Source of the DNA: an uncultured Flavihumibacter sp.
Lineage (GTDB): Bacteria > Bacteroidota > Bacteroidia > Chitinophagales > Chitinophagaceae
Assembly: GCA_964245425.1 (NCBI GenBank)
Contig: CAXTMV010000001.1
Span: 13,979 to 77,978, forward strand
DNA length: 64,000 nt
Reading direction: 5' to 3'
Position numbers and translations under genes: made by a program
The notes under the pieces: generated by a model
Database searches by the model: none
Told to the model about the DNA's origin: nothing
Seen by the model: only the letters and a program-made list of their open reading frames with translations
In this document: one piece after another, positions 1 to 8,985 of the stretch
Position numbering within the stretch: position 1 is the first letter of the stretch
How the letters are laid out: the number at the start of each line of letters is the position of its first letter

Positions 1-1
1 A

Positions 2-1297
2 CCCACCATTGGCAATTTCAATATCGTGGGCATTGGCGAAGTCTATAAGCCAGTTCCCAGTCGCGCAGACAGCATCGAGGCGGTTCATTTCAAAACTGCT
101 TTGAAGGATGCTTACGCTTTCGGAAGCATTGACTTTGTGCAACCAGTGAGGGCAGCATTGAATATGGCTGCCATTAACACACAGGCCGCCGCTGCCCTCC
201 ATCCCTCGGTTAGCATACAAAAGCGTTTATGGAGCCAATTAAAGATCCCCGATCGCATCAAAGCTGGCATGACGGAAACTTTTACACCGGTGATGGCTTA
301 TCCTGAACTGGATATGCCCATGTATAAGCCGTTAAGTGATTTGTCGGCTGAATTATTCCTTCCGAATATTAACCTGATTGCCCAGAATTCAGTGACCTTA
401 CTACAGAACAACCAGCGGTTCATTGAATCCTATATGGTGGGTCTCAACCATGAGATGTCAAGAGAACTGTTATGGCGGGAATACCCGACCGATCAGCGCG
501 GCAGCTATTTCAGGCAGTTCTGGGACATCAGTAATTTTCTACCCGTTTCCGGACAAATACCGGATGTATTACGGGAAAAGTTAAGGGATATATATCCGAT
601 TCACTTATGGCCAACCATCCCCAGTCCGCAGAAACCCCTTCAGCATAAGCTGGGTAAACACAATCCCCGGGCCGACAATAACCAGCCCGACAATATTGTA
701 ATGGTGGTTCGCGGAGACTTACTGAAAAGATATCCTACCGCCGTTATCTATGCGCAGTTAGCAGACTGGGGGAAAAACGCAAACGGCGTGGCGGATATTC
801 ATGAAGACAGGGTATTGATCGATCTGAGCGACGCAGAAAGACAAAACCCCGGCGACCATCCTGACAAAATACAGACGCCGCTTTTTCAGGCGAAAGTGGA
901 TCCGGATATTTATTTTTTCGGATTTGATCTTACCGCACAACAGGCACTTGGCGATCCAAACCCCAGCAGTACCAGTAATAAACCGGGCTGGTTTTTTGTG
1001 ATCAAGGAAAGGCCGGGCGAACCCCGGTTCGGGCTAGATGAAAATCTTTCTGCTCATATTTATAACTGGAATGATTTGTCCTGGCAAAATACAGGTATTG
1101 CAGATGGAAAAAACATCGTGCTCAACAGCAGCATTGTTATTGAAACCGACCCTGCACCAGGCACCGATAATAAGAACAACAAGGAAGATGCGCAGGCGCA
1201 GTGGAACCCGCAAACCAATGCGGCATCGCTCGCTTACATACTTTTCCAGGCACCTGTATTGGTTGCAGTACATGCCTCCAAAATGTTACCGGCATAA
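2..1297 (+). CDS. 5'-truncated CDS: C-terminal 431 aa of an uncharacterised large protein, the first visible gene of the giant-protein operon
   Basis: Frame 2 is open from nt 2 to the TAA at 1295-1297, with no stop before the GTG at 26 used by the ORF track. The gene therefore most likely starts left of the window. The gap to the next gene is 20 nt. No family recognised. Conspicuous motif: LNHEMSRELLWREYPTDQRGSYFRQFWD. Confidence 0.8.
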   Translation, partial: PTIGNFNIVGIGEVYKPVPSRADSIEAVHFKTALKDAYAFGSIDFVQPVRAALNMAAINTQAAAALHPSVSIQKRLWSQLKIPDRIKAGMTETFTPVMAYPELDMPMYKPLSDLSAELFLPNINLIAQNSVTLLQNNQRFIESYMVGLNHEMSRELLWREYPTDQRGSYFRQFWDISNFLPVSGQIPDVLREKLRDIYPIHLWPTIPSPQKPLQHKLGKHNPRADNNQPDNIVMVVRGDLLKRYPTAVIYAQLADWGKNANGVADIHEDRVLIDLSDAERQNPGDHPDKIQTPLFQAKVDPDIYFFGFDLTAQQALGDPNPSSTSNKPGWFFVIKERPGEPRFGLDENLSAHIYNWNDLSWQNTGIADGKNIVLNSSIVIETDPAPGTDNKNNKEDAQAQWNPQTNAASLAYILFQAPVLVAVHASKMLPA

Positions 1298-1317
1298 CCC
1301 ATCCTAACTGAATAAAG

Positions 1318-4300
1318 ATGACCGATTTTAAGCAACAACAAACGGATATTAAAACTGCGCGCCTGCAATCGGAAACGATTGCCCGGCAACTACGTGAAAC
1401 AAAAGAAAAACTGCGATCGGCTGAAACCCTTTTGCAAACTGCCGGCAGGATGGCCAACAACAGCAACACGGCCGATATAGCAACTTTGCAAAAGCTCCGC
1501 GACGGATTACAAACGCAACTGACAGATTTATACGGCAAAGTAAAATCGGCCACGCAAAACAGCCATGCATTACTGAATAGTTTTGCACAGGGAACTGACC
1601 CCACCAAGCAAATAACCGAACTAGACGATAGCTTCCCATTCCTGCTGTTTCCGTTAAGGCTGCAAACGCGGTTCAAAACAATCACGCAGGCAGGTGCGCT
1701 GCAACACGAATTGTGGCTGCGGATTTATCCAGATGATTGCCAGGTCAGTGCCAAAGAAGACATGTTGTCTGAATCTGAGATCACCTCTGTGCAATCTTTC
1801 TGGAAACAGATCTGGCAGGCTGGTGGCATGGAAGCAGACCAACGGGGCGCATGGAGAAACTTGGTGGATAATTTCGGGGCGGGCCGCGCATCATGGATAA
1901 CAGAAAAATATACTCCGCTAAACCCGGCCGACAAAAAGTTAAAACACAGCCAGCAGGATATCATACTTGTTATTGTACCCGGTAAATCTTTTACCGTGGC
2001 CCAGGAAACAGCGGCCTTTTCGTTCTGGCAAAAATACTGGCGGGCGGGTACCGATGCAGCTGCCCGGGACCAGGCAATCGCGGCTCTGAAGGCCGCTATA
2101 GGAGATACTGCTGTCAGCATGCTGACAGATTTCAGGCCTTTCAACCTCGACATCAATCCCCTTCCGGGATATCAGCGGGCAGACCTGGATGTGCAGGTGG
2201 TAAAACTCGTTTTTCCTGCCGCGGCAGACATTATTGCAGCAGGCGTTTCCTGGTTGCAGGCACCCGCCGTTAATACCCTGCCGGAAAGATTTGTGGCCAT
2301 GTGCTACAGCAACGGACAACTGGTTAAAGAACAAACCGGCAATTTGCTACCGGATAAACTGGCCACCGGGCCGGACCCTTCGCTTCCCGACAATGAACAA
2401 CTGAAAGCCACCGACGACGGCAATCTTTTTGTGAACGATGATCTTGCATGGATGGTTGATTTCGACATGGCCATTGCAGCCGGAATGGGCATGAAAATAA
2501 GCCTGACTGCCGATCAGGCACTAACAGGTTTCGACAAGATCATTGTGCTTGGCCTCAGGCTGTCATCGGATGCGCAGGACGGCGCCACACTGCTCGGTAA
2601 TTTATTCAGCAGTCATTATTACAGCAAAAATGGTTTTGGCCTCTTACCACAGGGAACACCTACCAACAATACGGAAAAAGAAGCGGCCGGCTACAGCAAA
2701 ACAGAAGACCCAGATCAGAGCTACAACAGGCTGTTCAATGCCAGCGAAAGTTATGCTGTTACGGCCGATCCATTACAGAAGAAAGACGGTCAGTGGCTGG
2801 CCGAATACCTGGGCATTGACCCATTGTTTTTCACGAAAACACAGGGTGCTGCGGGTCGCGACCAGGGAGAGGCACGGGCAATGAATATTGCTTTATGGCC
2901 GGCTACCCTGGGTTATTTTATGGAAGAAATGATGCATCCGGCGTTCAGCGCGGCCGATATCGCACAAACCCGCCTTTTCTTCAACCAGTATGTTTCCGGC
3001 AGGGGACCTGTACCTGCTATCAGGATTGGCAGGCAACCCTATGGTATCTTACCGGCTACCGCTTTTTCCCGGTTAAGCTTCAACGTTACTCCCACCATAC
3101 CCGGCATCCTGCCACTGCCAGTGAACACATTCATGCCCAGGTTATACAACGTGATCAAAAAAATAGACACCGATTGGGGAAACCTGGTGCCTGGTGTGGC
3201 CCATATCAGCAAAGACGGCGATACCGATCAATTACTGGTGGATATCCTCGGCCTTCATTCCGGTTCTGTTGAATTTCACCAGCGGTACCTTGAAAGCCTG
3301 GAACATATCTATAACCTGGTTTCACTACAGGGTGGCAGCGTGCAGGCCCAAACGGTGGCCGATATTACCAACCAGAAAGCTGCTGCCGTAACCAGGCTCA
3401 TAGGCTATAACTTCACCCAATTGCTACCCATCCTGCAGAAGTATTTCATGGGAAATTCCCACCCGCTAACAGGTCCGCTGGTCGATGATACACCGCTTTC
3501 AGAAACAGATCCGATCCGGAAGTACAGCGCCGATGGTAAAAACTATATTGAATGGCTGGCTGCCGCTACGGTGGAACAGGTACGAATACAGGATTTTGGC
3601 GGCCATCCTGCGCCTGCGGCACTTTTATATTTGATGCTGCGGCATGCGTTAATGATGGCACAAGCCGATGCAGCTGCTCAATTGCATGTTTCGAAAGGAT
3701 TGGAAACAGATAAAACCTTGTTTCATGACCCAGCCTTCATACAGGTGAAAGCGGCGGGTGGAGGCAAAAGCAAATGGGAATATCTCTATAAAAAAGAACC
3801 CCGCATTACAGGCGACGACACACAGATAAGTGACTATATCTACAAACCTGCTGTGCTCGGTAAGATTACCGAAACAAAAAACCTGGCCGATACGCTCCAG
3901 GCGCTGGCTTTTCTGGAAGGCAGTTCTACTTCTGCGCTCGAAAGAGTTTTTACCGAACATATCGATTGCTGCCAGTATCGCCTGGATGCATGGAGAACCG
4001 GGCTTGTGAATGCCAAATTAACGGAGCAACGCCGCCTGCAGCAAACGGGTGACAACTGGTCCAAAGGCATTTACCTGGGTTGTTATGGCTCGCTTGAAAA
4101 TATAAGGCCCAAAAAACAAGCGCTTGAACCGGTCGTATTGAGTGATGAACTAAAAAATATTTTCAGCGGCAGCGAGCCTCTGGTAAGAGACAATACCAAT
4201 TTGGGGTTTATTCATGCCCCGTCGCTCAACCAGGCGGCCACGGGGGCTATCTTGCGCAATGCTTTTGAAACACATAAAAGTGCCGACCCCCAGGCCGTAA

Positions 4301-6885
4301 ATCCTTTTGCCATCAACCTTTCTTCTGAGCGGGTACGGTTGGCCAACCAGTTTCTGGAAGGCATCCGCAACGGGCAATCGCTTGCCGCATTGCTGGGATA
4401 CCAGTTTGAAAGAGGGCTTCACGACAAATACGGTTTGGGGAAAGGCGAAGTCGATAAGTTTATTTATCCGCTTCGGAAACAATTCCCCCTGGTGGCTAAC
4501 CAGCTCAAAGAAACGCAGACAACGGGCGAAGACGACAAGAACACTCCGATTGATTCGCTGGAAGCCAGGAATGTAATAGACGGCTTACAATTGGTAAAAC
4601 ATATTCAATTGTCTGCGCAGCCATCGTACCCTTTCGGTATTGCAACCGGTACCGCACAAAATCAACTGCCCGTTGCCAATGCCGTACAAACACAGGCAAT
4701 CTCCCAGGAAGCGCAAAGACTCGTGGATATACAGGACGCCATTGCCGATATGGTAACAGCCGAAAGTGTTTACCAGTCTGTACAGGGCAATTTTGAAAGG
4801 GCTGCCGGAAATACCGATGCATTCAGCAAAGGCGGCTATCCACCGGACATACAGGTGGTGGATACGCCACGTACCGGCACCAGCCTTACACAGCGGGTAG
4901 GCATCCAGTTTGATACCGCCGCCAGCCCCTCCGACTCACCCTCTGCGGTGAAGCGCATGACGCCCAGGGCCGCACTGGAACCGTCTGTAAACAAATGGCT
5001 GGCAGACATCTTGCCGCCATCAGAAAAAGTGCTGTGCCGGGTTTCTTACCAATCGCCTGTAGGCGGTAGTAAAATAGAGCAAGTTATTTCACAGAAAGAT
5101 CTGGGTCTTCAATCGATTGATCTTTTGTACCTGTTTACATTAGACAACGAACAATCCATGACCCCCCTCAACGACCGGATGATGGGTTATATAAAAACAA
5201 CATTTGACCCGCATCCGGGGTTGCAGGTGAAAATTGAATACAGCAGGATCATCGACAACACTGACCGTTCCAACACCTCCTTTTTTGAACTGGCCGCATT
5301 GATCAGAAGCTTACGGAAATTGCTGCAGCAATCAAGAGCGCTGCACGCAGCCGATATCGGTTTACCACAGGAAATGCGCGGCGCAGATATCGTATACGAT
5401 CATGCGCAGTTGGCAGATCGGCTCAATATCCTCGCAAATGACCTGCGTGTACATGCGACGAACCTGGGTACACTGTTGAACAGCAATGCCAGCATTGAAC
5501 CGTTTATTGACGCGGCAAGTACCGAATTTCAATCGATTGCCCTCTTTGGCATACCCCAGGCTGCCATTGGTTTTATGTATGAGGGACGGAAAAATATCTA
5601 TACCACTGCAGGCGACAGGCTAACGGTCATGACCGAAAGATGGCGACAGAAAAACGCCGACTATACACTGACCATGTCTGGTTTCGATGCACAAGCCAAC
5701 ACAGCTGATATGATCCTGCTTCTGCAAAAAGCAGAACGGCTGATAGCTACCAGTTATGATTTGCCCATTCCGCCTTTGAACGATTACAAAAACAGTATCC
5801 AGGCAAAAAAAGCAGATTTCGATACCATATTCAACCAGCTTACCGCACTCCTAACTGCGCCCGTTACATCCGTTACGGATTATCTTGACCAATTGGATAT
5901 TGTATTGGCAAAGGCCGCCGAACACGACGCCATCGCCTTTAACACAGATACGCAGTTGAATAATACAGCAGCAGAAAGAATCCTGGCCGCAACGCTACTG
6001 GATCAAATCAAAGCAGCTTCCGGCAACCTGCTCTCCGAGCTGAATAAACGGCTGACCGATTATACCAACTTAACGGATGGGATCAACGATATCCCACTTA
6101 GCAGCGCCAAAACCGACCAGCTGATGAACGCGGCAAAGAAAATAGGAGGAGACGACGTACTTGTGTTGCCGCATTTTACACTGCCGGCATCGCAGGGCGA
6201 TGAATTGGAAAATGCTTATAACAATGGAAGCAGCCTGCTTAATTACCTCACTACCGTATTGAAAAAAACATCCCCGGTAGACGACTGGTTATACAGCCTC
6301 GCCAGGGTAAGGGAAAAATTATTCCAGCTCGAAAACAGTTTTGTACTGGCAGAAGGCCTTCGCCCCTCGCTGTCGTTGGCCCTTACGCCTTTGCAATTGC
6401 CGTTTCAAACCGGTGATCAGTATCGCTGGCTGGCCATGCAATACCACCAGGACGATGAAAATTTCGACATCCCGTCGGATACCCTGCTGTATACAGCACA
6501 TTACGCGTTGGGTTTTAGCAAACAGGCACCGCAATGCGGTGTGCTGATCGATGAATGGACGGAAGTCATTCCCTCCAAACAGGAAACAACCGGTATCAGT
6601 TTCCATTTCGACCAGCCGAATACGGAACCACCACAGGTAATGTTATTGGTAGTACCGCCTGTTATGAAGGGCAAATGGAACTGGGCCGATCTGGCAGACA
6701 GCGTGCTGGAAACTTTTGACCTGGCAAAAAAACGCGGCGTTGAACCGCAGCAACTGGATGGAACAGCCTATGCACAGTTTCTTCCCGCAACAGTAATGGC
6801 GGTAACGCTGTACTGGATTACCGTTGCCACCAACCTGGCCAATAACAATATGATTTATGATAAAATAAATACGGTAACCCGCTGA
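1318..6885 (+). CDS. uncharacterised giant protein, 1855 aa, with an N-terminal coiled coil
   Basis: Uninterrupted 5.6-kb ORF with an ATG start. No signal peptide. The first ~100 aa are heptad-like and rich in Q, L, K and E. These are followed by the motifs FPFLLFPLRLQTRF, LWLRIYPDD and RIGRQPYGILP. I found no catalytic signature (no Walker A, HExxH or YD/RHS). Confidence 0.9.
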   Translation: MTDFKQQQTDIKTARLQSETIARQLRETKEKLRSAETLLQTAGRMANNSNTADIATLQKLRDGLQTQLTDLYGKVKSATQNSHALLNSFAQGTDPTKQITELDDSFPFLLFPLRLQTRFKTITQAGALQHELWLRIYPDDCQVSAKEDMLSESEITSVQSFWKQIWQAGGMEADQRGAWRNLVDNFGAGRASWITEKYTPLNPADKKLKHSQQDIILVIVPGKSFTVAQETAAFSFWQKYWRAGTDAAARDQAIAALKAAIGDTAVSMLTDFRPFNLDINPLPGYQRADLDVQVVKLVFPAAADIIAAGVSWLQAPAVNTLPERFVAMCYSNGQLVKEQTGNLLPDKLATGPDPSLPDNEQLKATDDGNLFVNDDLAWMVDFDMAIAAGMGMKISLTADQALTGFDKIIVLGLRLSSDAQDGATLLGNLFSSHYYSKNGFGLLPQGTPTNNTEKEAAGYSKTEDPDQSYNRLFNASESYAVTADPLQKKDGQWLAEYLGIDPLFFTKTQGAAGRDQGEARAMNIALWPATLGYFMEEMMHPAFSAADIAQTRLFFNQYVSGRGPVPAIRIGRQPYGILPATAFSRLSFNVTPTIPGILPLPVNTFMPRLYNVIKKIDTDWGNLVPGVAHISKDGDTDQLLVDILGLHSGSVEFHQRYLESLEHIYNLVSLQGGSVQAQTVADITNQKAAAVTRLIGYNFTQLLPILQKYFMGNSHPLTGPLVDDTPLSETDPIRKYSADGKNYIEWLAAATVEQVRIQDFGGHPAPAALLYLMLRHALMMAQADAAAQLHVSKGLETDKTLFHDPAFIQVKAAGGGKSKWEYLYKKEPRITGDDTQISDYIYKPAVLGKITETKNLADTLQALAFLEGSSTSALERVFTEHIDCCQYRLDAWRTGLVNAKLTEQRRLQQTGDNWSKGIYLGCYGSLENIRPKKQALEPVVLSDELKNIFSGSEPLVRDNTNLGFIHAPSLNQAATGAILRNAFETHKSADPQAVNPFAINLSSERVRLANQFLEGIRNGQSLAALLGYQFERGLHDKYGLGKGEVDKFIYPLRKQFPLVANQLKETQTTGEDDKNTPIDSLEARNVIDGLQLVKHIQLSAQPSYPFGIATGTAQNQLPVANAVQTQAISQEAQRLVDIQDAIADMVTAESVYQSVQGNFERAAGNTDAFSKGGYPPDIQVVDTPRTGTSLTQRVGIQFDTAASPSDSPSAVKRMTPRAALEPSVNKWLADILPPSEKVLCRVSYQSPVGGSKIEQVISQKDLGLQSIDLLYLFTLDNEQSMTPLNDRMMGYIKTTFDPHPGLQVKIEYSRIIDNTDRSNTSFFELAALIRSLRKLLQQSRALHAADIGLPQEMRGADIVYDHAQLADRLNILANDLRVHATNLGTLLNSNASIEPFIDAASTEFQSIALFGIPQAAIGFMYEGRKNIYTTAGDRLTVMTERWRQKNADYTLTMSGFDAQANTADMILLLQKAERLIATSYDLPIPPLNDYKNSIQAKKADFDTIFNQLTALLTAPVTSVTDYLDQLDIVLAKAAEHDAIAFNTDTQLNNTAAERILAATLLDQIKAASGNLLSELNKRLTDYTNLTDGINDIPLSSAKTDQLMNAAKKIGGDDVLVLPHFTLPASQGDELENAYNNGSSLLNYLTTVLKKTSPVDDWLYSLARVREKLFQLENSFVLAEGLRPSLSLALTPLQLPFQTGDQYRWLAMQYHQDDENFDIPSDTLLYTAHYALGFSKQAPQCGVLIDEWTEVIPSKQETTGISFHFDQPNTEPPQVMLLVVPPVMKGKWNWADLADSVLETFDLAKKRGVEPQQLDGTAYAQFLPATVMAVTLYWITVATNLANNNMIYDKINTVTR

Positions 6886-6887
6886 TC

Positions 6888-8978
6888 ATGGATATAAAAT
6901 ATGCCATCCCCAATATTTCACAGGCGCTAACGCAAAGACTGTATCCGACCGTATTACTGTGGAATCGCCTGGAAGGCAGGCCCAGAACGCATGATTTTGA
7001 CCGCGCCCTGAAAGCGGAGCTAAGAGATGCGCTGTGGATGCTCACCAAACAGTGGCAGATGGGTGAGTTCGAAGGAGAGGATGCCGGTTCGCCGGTATTT
7101 GCAAAAGCACAGCTGTCTGCTACCCGGCTCAGTAAATATAAAGCCGCAGGGAATACCGCACAGGAGTACGAAGAAAACCTTCCCCTCGAAACAAAAGTAG
7201 AACAACGAAAGTTGGTGTTCGAGCGGGAAGGTCAGCGGGTAAGCCTCGATATCCGGCTGCTGATGGGGCGGCAATGGCTGAAATTAATCAAAGCTGTTCC
7301 CGGCGCCGCAGGCATGTTCATCGGCCTGTATCCTTTTCAGCTTCCGCCGCAGAACAACGCCTCCGCATTGCTGTATGCACATGCGAAAGACTGGCAGCAG
7401 TATGCTGCCATTAGCGGACGTTGCATGGATGGCTACCTGCTATACCAGTATTTAAAAGCGCAGTCGGTTCATCAGGCCTCAGACGGCCTTCAACCCATGC
7501 CATCAGACAGCGACAGGCAAAAGATTGATGCCGCCGGCGCTGTTTTTACCAGCTGGTTTGAAGCGCTTTACTATCAACCCGTCTCAGCCGACAACAACGC
7601 GTGGGAACCAGATCGGCTGGAATACCGGTTCGGCTGTTCCGCACCCGATGGAATAAAAGAAAAGGTACTGACCGCAGAAGAATATTACAGCGGCCATTTA
7701 GATTGGTATTCATTTAATTTCGATCCCACCCAATCTACCCTGGGCGCCGTGCCGGGTACGGATACCTCCATTACTGCCAAAAAAATTACCAATACTTTTA
7801 TTCCCGCCACCGTACAATTTCCGGGCATGCCCAATACGCGCTGGTGGACTTTTGAAGATGGTAAAACCAGTTTTGGCAACGTTAATCCATCCACCACCGA
7901 TCTTTCCAAATTATTACTGATGGAATTTGCACTGATCTATGCGAACGACTGGTTCATTGTTCCTTTTACTGTTCCCAATGGCTCGCTTGCCACCATAGAA
8001 GGCTTGTCAGTCACCAATAATTTCGGTGAAAGGTTCTGGATAACTGCCGCATCAAAAAACACCGGCAATCATTTGAAGGACTGGAATATGTTCAGTCTCG
8101 ATTCAAAAAAACTACCACCTTCCGTTCCCACTCCTTCTGCGGGCTTATTGCTGGCGCCCGCCGCTATTAAAGTGCAGCAGGGAAACCCGCTTGAAAACAT
8201 ACAATTGATCAGGGATGAGATGGCGAATATGGTTTGGGCGATAGAATCAGTTGTACCAGCCGTAACCGGCCAGGGCACAAATGGAAAAGAGTATGGCCAG
8301 GAAGTTTTTAATTACCAGCAAAACCTGGTACAGTTAAAATTAAAAATGGCCGGCGAAACCAACCTGTTGCTGGCAGATATCAATGCCATCAGCGGCACCC
8401 TGCCGGCGGGTTTGCAGGAAGCAAAAACAATACTGCAAAATATCCTGAACGCCCTCGCCAACCCTGTAAGCGATATTGTACTGTTGCAGGATCGGTTAGC
8501 CGATGCCAAACAAAAAATGAAAACCGAAGGAATGAATACCGTACATGAAACCGATGTATTGAACACGGATATCCCCTATGCCGCCAATATCAGCTACCAG
8601 GCAATGACTGCCGTTCCGGAACACTGGATACCCTTTGTGCCTGTGCATATAAAGGCTACTGATAACCGTGAGATTCAATTGCAACGTGCTTCCATGCTTA
8701 GGATTATTGAGGGGGATCCTGATATACCTGTAAAGATTAAAGCGCAGACCTCGTTGATGCGTGAAGGGCTTGACCAAATACCCAAACAGGCTTATTACCT
8801 GCATGAAGAAGAAGTGCCGAGGGCGGGCATTAATGTTTCTGTTGCCTTCCAGCGTACCCGCTGGACAAATGGCGAAGTATTTACCTGGGTGGGCAATGAA
8901 AAAACAAGTGGCAGGGGAGAAGGTTCCAGCGGGCTGGCTTTTGATAAGCTGGCAGATTCAAATGTAAACAACAAATAA
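6888..8978 (+). CDS. uncharacterised protein, 696 aa
   Basis: The ATG lies 2 nt after the preceding stop. No signal peptide. Motif blocks: LLWNRLEGRPRTHDFDRALKAELRDALWMLTKQWQMGEFEGEDAGSP and NTRWWTFEDG...EFALIYANDWFIVPF. No family recognised. Confidence 0.9.
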   Translation: MDIKYAIPNISQALTQRLYPTVLLWNRLEGRPRTHDFDRALKAELRDALWMLTKQWQMGEFEGEDAGSPVFAKAQLSATRLSKYKAAGNTAQEYEENLPLETKVEQRKLVFEREGQRVSLDIRLLMGRQWLKLIKAVPGAAGMFIGLYPFQLPPQNNASALLYAHAKDWQQYAAISGRCMDGYLLYQYLKAQSVHQASDGLQPMPSDSDRQKIDAAGAVFTSWFEALYYQPVSADNNAWEPDRLEYRFGCSAPDGIKEKVLTAEEYYSGHLDWYSFNFDPTQSTLGAVPGTDTSITAKKITNTFIPATVQFPGMPNTRWWTFEDGKTSFGNVNPSTTDLSKLLLMEFALIYANDWFIVPFTVPNGSLATIEGLSVTNNFGERFWITAASKNTGNHLKDWNMFSLDSKKLPPSVPTPSAGLLLAPAAIKVQQGNPLENIQLIRDEMANMVWAIESVVPAVTGQGTNGKEYGQEVFNYQQNLVQLKLKMAGETNLLLADINAISGTLPAGLQEAKTILQNILNALANPVSDIVLLQDRLADAKQKMKTEGMNTVHETDVLNTDIPYAANISYQAMTAVPEHWIPFVPVHIKATDNREIQLQRASMLRIIEGDPDIPVKIKAQTSLMREGLDQIPKQAYYLHEEEVPRAGINVSVAFQRTRWTNGEVFTWVGNEKTSGRGEGSSGLAFDKLADSNVNNK

Positions 8979-8985
8979 TATCCAT

